Source of the DNA: Ignavibacteria bacterium | GTDB taxonomy: Bacteria; Bacteroidota; Ignavibacteria; Ignavibacteriales; Ignavibacteriaceae | Assembly: GCA_017302895.1 (NCBI GenBank) | Contig: JAFLBV010000003.1 | Coordinates: 71,115-135,114 of the forward strand | Length of the DNA stretch: 64,000 nucleotides | Reading direction: 5' to 3' | Part shown: one piece after another, positions 58,069-64,000 of the stretch | How positions within the stretch are numbered: position 1 is the stretch's first letter | How the letters are laid out: each line of letters starts with the position of its first letter | Program-made: the position numbers and the translations under genes | Notes under the pieces: generated by a model | Databases searched by the model: none | What the model was told of the DNA's origin: nothing | Seen by the model: only the letters and a program-made list of their open reading frames with translations

Positions 58069-58533
58069 ATGGATAAGCCGGTAAAAATCTCTCAGGTCGT
58101 TATGACCGAGCTGGTGCTTCCAAACCACACCAACCCCCACTCACATCTTTTGGGCGGGCAGTTGATGCTTTGGATCGATATTTGTGCCGCTCTCTGCGCC
58201 GCAAAACACGCCCAGGCCGTCTGCGTAACTGCCTCTGTTGATAAAATTGATTTTCACCACCCCATTAAACTCGGGGAAGTGGTTACACTTCAGGCATCGG
58301 TAAACAGAGTATTTAATACCTCGCTTGAAGTGGGGGTAAAAATCCACTCCGAATCATTTTATTCGGGGAACAGAGCGCATACAAACAGTGCGTATCTTAC
58401 ATTTGTAAGTATCGACAAAGATGGCAACCCCGTACCCGCACCAAAAGTAATCCCCGAAACTGAAGAGGAGATTCGCCGGTTTGAGCAGGCAGGAACCAGA
58501 CGGGAACAGCGCCTCCGTAACCGGATAAAATGA
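58069..58533 (+). CDS. Acyl-CoA thioesterase (YciA/BFIT-like hotdog)
   Basis: VVMTELVLPNHTNPHSHLLGGQLMLWID...TASVDKIDFHHPIKLGE. Confidence 0.8.
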   Translation: MDKPVKISQVVMTELVLPNHTNPHSHLLGGQLMLWIDICAALCAAKHAQAVCVTASVDKIDFHHPIKLGEVVTLQASVNRVFNTSLEVGVKIHSESFYSGNRAHTNSAYLTFVSIDKDGNPVPAPKVIPETEEEIRRFEQAGTRREQRLRNRIK

Positions 58534-58567
58534 CCGGGACCACACAGGCAGGATCATAACAACATTC

Positions 58568-60199
58568 ATGCGGAATACTTTTTTAATAGTTTTTTTATCT
58601 CCTTTCCTGATTTTTTCTCAGGATAAACCCGATCTCGATTCCGTTTTTAATGTTTTCACAGCTCTTCGAACCACTCAACAGGTATCATTGCCCCAGACAG
58701 CGAAATACCACAAGTGCGGTCTCCCTTCACTATCTCCGTTAGTTTACTTCCAAGATGAATTAAAACCGGAACAAAAACTTTTATTTAAAGAGATTACTGC
58801 TCGACCTGTTTTGGATACAAGCATCGTGTCTCCCCAAAAACGGTTTCGGATCCACTACGATAAATCAGGGTTTCAAAAGCCTGCTTATTCAGTCGACAGT
58901 CTGGCCCTTGCTCTCGATTCTTCATATCAGTTCGAAATTACATATTTAAAGTATCCCGCACCCCCTTCTGACGATACAGCCGGTGGTGACAGCCTTTATG
59001 ATGTTTACATCGTAGCTTTTCAATACTATTACGGCGAGACGATCCCTGAAACGAAGGTTTCACCCTTTCTCGAGCAATATTCGTCATACATAAAAATTGA
59101 CAATGATTTTGCAGGTTTCTATACAAGCGGACTCCCTGCCGCAATGGTAACAGCGGCACACGAATTTCATCACGCAATTCAGATGGGGAATTACATTCTT
59201 CGCTATTCCGATACCTTCTTTCACGAACTCGTATCCACATCCATGGAAGAATTTGTATTTCCGGAAGTAAATGACTATCTCGCATATTTGCCTGATTATT
59301 TCGAAAACCCGGGACTCTCCATTTCAAAGTATTCGGGTTATTGTCTCGCACCGTTCTCCCTCATGTTAAAGGAAAGACTCGGTTATGATATAATTAAAAG
59401 GCAGTGGGAGTTGATGATTAGAGACAGGGCTGTAAAAGCGATCGTGAATTCTCTTACCGAGGCCGGTTCATCCGCAACTGAAGAATTTAACACTTTTGGA
59501 ATGTGGAATTATTTCACAAGTTACAGAGCAATCCCCGGGAAATATTACAAAGATGCTGCCCGGTTCCCGGTTTTGGTAAATTACATGAAATCTGACATTG
59601 CCGGGAACAGAGTCGATATCTCGTTGAAGGCGCACCCTGTTACCAACAATTCCCTTATGGTGGCAAATTCCCAAAACGGCTCCCGTGACACAGTTGTTAC
59701 CATAGTTACCGATTATTCAACCGACAAGTGGTTCGACTCACCCGACTCATACCTTGATTATTCCTACAGTCTATACACATATCAGGCGGATGGGTCTGCT
59801 CTTCTTTTTGGCAGTTATTATGATAAATTCGGGAAAAACCCGGCATATCAGGCAAAAACGGCGACCATTATAAATAATGTTGTGATAAGCAGGGGGGATC
59901 AACCCCAAAATGCGGAAAATGATCCGTATCCTTCACCCTTCACATACGGGAAAAACAGAGAAGATGTGATATATTTCCCTTTTAAATTTTTGCAAAATAC
60001 CACAACGATTCTCAATGTATATAATGTGGCGGGAGACCTGATCTATTCAGGAGAAGAACCCTCATGGGGTGTATTAAGGAATCTGGTGAAGTGGCAGGTT
60101 CGCAACAATTTTGGGCAAAAACTCTCCTCGGGTGTCTATATTTACATACTCAAAGCAAACGATCAGAATAAATCAGGCAAATTTGTAATTCTCAACTGA
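58568..60199 (+). CDS. Putative secreted zinc metalloprotease (HExxH) with T9SS-type C-terminal domain
   Basis: Signal peptide, then AAHEFHHAIQMG. The C-terminal part DPYPSPFTY...ILNVYNVAGDLIY...GVYIYILKANDQNKSGKFVILN resembles a T9SS sorting domain. Confidence 0.65.
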   Translation: MRNTFLIVFLSPFLIFSQDKPDLDSVFNVFTALRTTQQVSLPQTAKYHKCGLPSLSPLVYFQDELKPEQKLLFKEITARPVLDTSIVSPQKRFRIHYDKSGFQKPAYSVDSLALALDSSYQFEITYLKYPAPPSDDTAGGDSLYDVYIVAFQYYYGETIPETKVSPFLEQYSSYIKIDNDFAGFYTSGLPAAMVTAAHEFHHAIQMGNYILRYSDTFFHELVSTSMEEFVFPEVNDYLAYLPDYFENPGLSISKYSGYCLAPFSLMLKERLGYDIIKRQWELMIRDRAVKAIVNSLTEAGSSATEEFNTFGMWNYFTSYRAIPGKYYKDAARFPVLVNYMKSDIAGNRVDISLKAHPVTNNSLMVANSQNGSRDTVVTIVTDYSTDKWFDSPDSYLDYSYSLYTYQADGSALLFGSYYDKFGKNPAYQAKTATIINNVVISRGDQPQNAENDPYPSPFTYGKNREDVIYFPFKFLQNTTTILNVYNVAGDLIYSGEEPSWGVLRNLVKWQVRNNFGQKLSSGVYIYILKANDQNKSGKFVILN

Positions 60200-60233
60200 T
60201 GAATTGAAGCAATAAAGGAAAATTTTAATTTAG

Positions 60234-60872
60234 ATGACTAAATTAGTCTTGAATAAACTTACAAAAACATTCGAAAGAAGAGTAATCTTTAAGGATGTGA
60301 ACCTCGAGTGGTCTGCTCCCGGACTTTTTGGCGTGGCAGGTCCCAACGGCTCCGGAAAATCGACCCTTGTGAAGGTGGTCACCGGACTTATTTCTGCTAC
60401 ATCGGGGGAAGTCTATCTCGAATCAGACGGAAAAAAGTTTACACCGGCTAATTCGACCGGTCATTTTGGTTTCGCCTCCCCCTACCTCGTACTCTACGAT
60501 GAGTTTACCGCAAAGGAAAATCTCGAATTTACAATGAATATCAGGGGTAAGCAGCTTGATGAAGCGAAAATGGACTCACTTCTCGATCATTTTTCCCTAC
60601 TCAAGAGGAAAAACGACCTTGTCAGAGCCTATTCATCGGGTATGAAGCAGAGGCTTAAAATAATCTTTGCATTTATCCACAATCCGGAACTCATTATTCT
60701 GGATGAACCGACCGCCAATCTCGATGCTGAAGGCAAGGGAAAGGTTTATGAACTCGCAAAAAGCATTGCACAGGAGAAAATTGTAATTTTTGCAACAAAT
60801 GAAGAAGAAGAACTTGCCATGTGCAAAGAGGTCATCAAGATTATGGATCATAAGCCGGCAGGGAGGGACTGA
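60234..60872 (+). CDS. ccmA: ABC transporter ATP-binding protein, CcmA-like (heme exporter)
   Basis: 212 aa. Walker A GPNGSGKST, signature YSSGMKQRL and Walker B LIILDEP. It is followed immediately by a CcmB-like gene. Confidence 0.65.
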   Translation: MTKLVLNKLTKTFERRVIFKDVNLEWSAPGLFGVAGPNGSGKSTLVKVVTGLISATSGEVYLESDGKKFTPANSTGHFGFASPYLVLYDEFTAKENLEFTMNIRGKQLDEAKMDSLLDHFSLLKRKNDLVRAYSSGMKQRLKIIFAFIHNPELIILDEPTANLDAEGKGKVYELAKSIAQEKIVIFATNEEEELAMCKEVIKIMDHKPAGRD

Positions 60873-60874
60873 CG

Positions 60875-61540
60875 ATGTTTAAACAAGCCCTTTGGCTTTT
60901 CAATAAAGACCTTACATCCGAGCTTCGTACAAGATATGCAATTAATGCTCTCGGAATGTTCATTGTTGTCACGATCAGCGTTATCCTTTTTGCGATAGGG
61001 CAGGAGAAAATAAGTTCGGCTCTCGCCGGCGGTCTCCTTTGGGTGGTAATTTTCTTTACCGCCATGTCGGGGCTTTCAAGGGCATTCGTTTCGGAGGAGG
61101 AAAGAGGAACAGCACTTCTGTTGCAACTGATTGCCAGTCCGACAGTTGTTCTAACGGGAAAACTTTTTTATAATCTTATCCTCGTATTCGCCATGAATAT
61201 GGTGATTCTGGTGCTCTATTCTGCTTTGTTTGATGCATTTGTGCTGAAGAATGTTTTTATCTTTTTCTTCTCCTTTGTATTGGGGAATACCGGATTGGCA
61301 TTTGCATCAACCATCATTGCATCCATAATTGCAAAAGCAAACTCGAAAGGGACACTTTACCCCGTACTTTCGTTTCCGATTCTGCTGCCACTTCTACTGA
61401 TGCTGGTGGAAATTACGAAACGGTGTTCGGATGGAGTAACATTTGAAGAAATTTCACCCGAGTTTTTCGCCCTGGTCAGCTACAATGTTGTAATCGCAGC
61501 AGCAAGTTATATGCTGTTCGACTTTATCTGGAAAGAATGA
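60875..61540 (+). CDS. ccmB: Heme exporter protein B (CcmB-like)
   Basis: 221 aa with six hydrophobic helices. GLSRAFVSEEERGTALLLQLIASPTVVLTGKLF aligns by eye with the conserved E. coli CcmB segment (LERLFRDDLQDGSLEQL). Confidence 0.65.
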   Translation: MFKQALWLFNKDLTSELRTRYAINALGMFIVVTISVILFAIGQEKISSALAGGLLWVVIFFTAMSGLSRAFVSEEERGTALLLQLIASPTVVLTGKLFYNLILVFAMNMVILVLYSALFDAFVLKNVFIFFFSFVLGNTGLAFASTIIASIIAKANSKGTLYPVLSFPILLPLLLMLVEITKRCSDGVTFEEISPEFFALVSYNVVIAAASYMLFDFIWKE

Positions 61541-61553
61541 TTTTTAAAATTTA

Positions 61554-62693
61554 ATGAGGAAATACAAATTGAGAACAGCTCTTATTACCGGCATTACGGG
61601 ACAGGACGGAAGTTATCTTGCCGAACTGCTCCTCGAAAAAGGATATACTGTACATGGAATCATCCGCCGCAGCAGTTCTTTTAATACAGGAAGAATAGAT
61701 CATATTTACAACAACGATGAAGTAAGAAACAAAAGATTTTTCCTCCATCACGGTGATGTGGTCGATACCAGCAATCTTAACAGACTTCTCGAAAAAATCG
61801 CTCCCGATGAAATTTACAACCTCGCTGCCCAAAGTCATGTGAAGGTTTCATTTGATGTCCCCGACTATACAGCACAGGTGGATGCGCTCGGAACATTGAG
61901 ATTTCTTGATGCAATGAGAGAAACAGGCTTAAACGCCAAAACGAAGTTTTATCAGGCTTCAACGAGTGAACTCTACGGTAAGGTTCAGGCTATTCCGCAG
62001 GATGAAAAGACACCTTTCTATCCAAGATCGCCCTATGCGGTTGCTAAGATCTATGCCTATTGGATAATTGTAAATTATCGCGAGGCTTATGACCTCTTCG
62101 CATCCAACGGTATACTTTTCAACCATGAATCACCAAGAAGAGGCGAGACATTCGTTACGAGGAAAATAACCATGGCAGCATCAGCCATTGTGACGGGAAA
62201 AGAGAAAACTCTCGTACTCGGTAACCTATCCTCCAAAAGAGACTGGGGCTTTGCACCGGAATATTGTGAAGGGATGTGGCGTATACTTCAGGCAGAGAAG
62301 GCAGACGATTTTGTGCTCGCTACAGGCGTTACCAATACTGTAAGAGATTTCTGCAAGATGGCATTCGCCGGTCTCGGAATAGAGATTGAATTTAAAGGTG
62401 AAGGTGTCGATGAAAAAGGTGTCATAAAATCAATTGATGAAGATTATCTAAAATCCCTCATCGAAAAATATACTACCAAATATACGGGTCCTGTCGATCT
62501 TTCGCAGTTAAAACCCGGCAGAGTGGTTATTGAAGTGAGCCCAAAATATTTCAGACCTACTGAAGTTGATCTGCTGATTGGTAATCCTGCCAAAGCAAAA
62601 AATGAACTTGGTTGGGAAGCAAAGACACAACTGGATGAACTGGTGAAGATAATGGTGAACGCTGATTTTAATTCAGCTCTTAATGCGAGATAA
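61554..62693 (+). CDS. gmd: GDP-mannose 4,6-dehydratase
   Basis: [44 protein letters not shown] and the catalytic [10 protein letters not shown]. Confidence 0.93.
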   Translation: MRKYKLRTALITGITGQDGSYLAELLLEKGYTVHGIIRRSSSFNTGRIDHIYNNDEVRNKRFFLHHGDVVDTSNLNRLLEKIAPDEIYNLAAQSHVKVSFDVPDYTAQVDALGTLRFLDAMRETGLNAKTKFYQASTSELYGKVQAIPQDEKTPFYPRSPYAVAKIYAYWIIVNYREAYDLFASNGILFNHESPRRGETFVTRKITMAASAIVTGKEKTLVLGNLSSKRDWGFAPEYCEGMWRILQAEKADDFVLATGVTNTVRDFCKMAFAGLGIEIEFKGEGVDEKGVIKSIDEDYLKSLIEKYTTKYTGPVDLSQLKPGRVVIEVSPKYFRPTEVDLLIGNPAKAKNELGWEAKTQLDELVKIMVNADFNSALNAR

Positions 62694-62710
62694 CAATTCG
62701 AAATAGCCAC

Positions 62711-62735
62711 GGGGGTGCTTACCTGTTGCACCCCC
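62711..62735 (+). terminator. GC-rich hairpin after gmd (possible terminator)
   Basis: GGGGGTGC (62711-62718) pairs with GCACCCCC (62728-62735). The T tract is weak and displaced. Confidence 0.45.
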
Positions 62736-62805
62736 CCAAGCTATCTTTTGCAAAGACCCTCTGACGAATTAATTTCATTCACTAACATTTTTGACTATAA
62801 AATCC

Positions 62806-62827
62806 GGGATGTCGCCCCCGACATCCC
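62806..62827 (-). terminator. Perfect 9-bp hairpin, possible distal terminator for the minus-strand regulator gene
   Basis: GGGATGTCG-CCCC-CGACATCCC. On the minus strand it is followed by GGAUUUUAUAG. Confidence 0.4.
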
Positions 62828-62863
62828 ACGAAGATGGTTCCTTTTATCTTACCCTGAAACTAC

Positions 62864-63048
62864 TACCTGCAATTTATGATGGCTTTTTTGCACACCCCAA
62901 AAGACTTCTGATTGTTTACCCTTGTCTCGATTACCTGTAATTTGATTATGGTGGTTTTACTCACCCCAAAAGACTTCTGATTGTTTACCCTTGTTTCGAT
63001 TACCTGTAATTTGCTGATGGTGGTTTTACTCACCCCAAAAGACTTCTG
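62864..63048. repeat. Tandem repeat, 69-bp period, about 2.7 copies
   Basis: CACCCCAAAAGACTTCTG starts at 62893, 62962 and 63031. The full copies 62893-62961 and 62962-63030 differ at 3 of 69 positions. There is a degenerate partial copy at 62864-62892. Confidence 0.95.
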
Positions 63049-63209
63049 TTTTGAATACCCTGAACGGAATTAATCATAATTACTGGGTGAAATATATGCG
63101 GGAGGGGTTACTGAAACGATTAATGAAACGGCACTTTCCGAAAAAAGTTGAAATAATATCAAACTTTTTTCATAATAGTACTGATTATTTGGGGATTTTT
63201 GTTCGGTTT

Positions 63210-64000
63210 TTAGTTTTTCAGGATTGTCTGAATGGAATGCGGGTATTTTTTACCGTAAACAGTTTCATACTCTTTTTGGAAGGTCTGCCATGCCTCTTCA
63301 ACCAAAGAATGCCTTCCAAGATGGAAAAGAGATCTTAATTTATACTTGAATGCCTCTTCGTTTGCAGGATCAAAAAGGTCAACGAACCCCGCAGTCTTGT
63401 TGCACGCATGGAAATCTTTTGACTCATAAAGGTATGCACATCTAAGAAGTAGAATTTCCAATATCCGGTTGGAGAGTGCAAATCTTTCCCTCTCCGCCCA
63501 ATCCGATTTTATCCCTTCAAGGATGGTTCCTCCCTTGATGATGCCGGTAAACTTCTCCATGACAGCATCAATTGAAATTTTACCTTTTACTTCGAGCAGG
63601 CTGAACAGAGAGGCAAGTTCCGCCATTTCATTTGTAACAGGTGGAGCCGTTGTCAGACAGACCCTGTCATCATCTATCTCCAGTTTTACACTGTCGAGCT
63701 TGTTCAGAGTTTTTCGGAGTTTTGAGAAGGCAACATTTCTGTTGTTTTTAAGTTTCTCTTTCGGGATGTCCGACCATATTATCTTCTCGAGTTTTCTTAG
63801 TGGTACCGTCGGAGTCTTGCCAAATGTGGTGTAGTAGAGGATCGCTGAAAATATTTCCTGAAGTTTGGGGGTAAGTTCAGACTGAATTTCAGACCCGTCC
63901 CTGTCTATCAGCCTCAAACCGCCAAAGAGGGTGATAACATTTTTTACTTCGGGTTTTATATCATCCGGGAAAAATTCACTTACGGGGTTCCTGGTTGTAT
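63210..64000 (-). CDS. SARP/BTAD-like transcriptional regulator, C-terminal part; ORF is open to the window end
   Basis: The ORF-track start at 63917 is a TTG. I checked that the same frame stays open up to base 64000 (..NVITLFGGLRLIDRDG..). The C-terminus EEAWQTFQKEYETVYGKKYPHSIQTIL resembles BTAD domains, and the LFGG-LRL-I segment resembles the SARP winged-helix start. Confidence 0.6.
   Translation of the reverse strand, partial: TTRNPVSEFFPDDIKPEVKNVITLFGGLRLIDRDGSEIQSELTPKLQEIFSAILYYTTFGKTPTVPLRKLEKIIWSDIPKEKLKNNRNVAFSKLRKTLNKLDSVKLEIDDDRVCLTTAPPVTNEMAELASLFSLLEVKGKISIDAVMEKFTGIIKGGTILEGIKSDWAERERFALSNRILEILLLRCAYLYESKDFHACNKTAGFVDLFDPANEEAFKYKLRSLFHLGRHSLVEEAWQTFQKEYETVYGKKYPHSIQTILKN

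Noticed and set aside
63051-63338. 95-aa plus-strand ORF (TTG start) after the 69-bp repeats
   Set aside because: It overlaps the 3' end of the better-supported minus-strand regulator ORF and has no recognisable motif.

Overview
This 64-kb chromosomal window holds about 50 protein-coding genes and one tRNA. I recognised no rRNA, CRISPR array, transposase, integrase or phage structural gene. The lineage is a guess from protein signatures only: an FCB-superphylum bacterium, Ignavibacteriota/Bacteroidota-like. At least four proteins end in the NYPNPFNP-type T9SS C-terminal sorting domain, and the window also encodes a Bacteroidota-type LptD, BamD, bacillithiol BshB1 and OmpA-family proteins. Gene content is mostly housekeeping. 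It includes pyrR-pyrB-pyrC, a giant orphan sensor kinase, an AddA-like helicase-nuclease, two MurNAc-L-Ala amidases, and a minus-strand ltaE-thioesterase-exonuclease-purL-yihY gene string. It also includes an acyl-CoA ligase, an EutE-like aldehyde dehydrogenase, the replication cluster dnaN-recF-DUF721(DciA-like)-gyrB-gyrA (48.5-55.5 kb, minus strand), bamD, ccmAB and gmd. The most unusual signals are non-coding. (1) A Fic (AMPylase) gene immediately upstream of dnaN is bracketed by arrays of a 34-bp palindromic unit spaced every 40 bp. There are three units upstream and two downstream, and the outer 75 bp are perfect direct repeats 1288 bp apart. (2) Several other intergenic tandem or dispersed repeats sit next to terminators: 28 bp x5, 69 bp x2.7, an 11-mer x4, and a 64-bp dispersed pair that includes the last six codons of a T9SS gene. 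Protein-level oddities include a T9SS-tagged peptidoglycan amidase, a cargo-less T9SS C-terminal domain, an aldehyde dehydrogenase with an encapsulation-peptide-like tail, and a solitary AAA-ATPase/PD-(D/E)XK protein. All calls come from reading the sequence and ORF translations by eye. Family names are recognised from motifs, not from searches, and hairpin and repeat coordinates were counted by hand.
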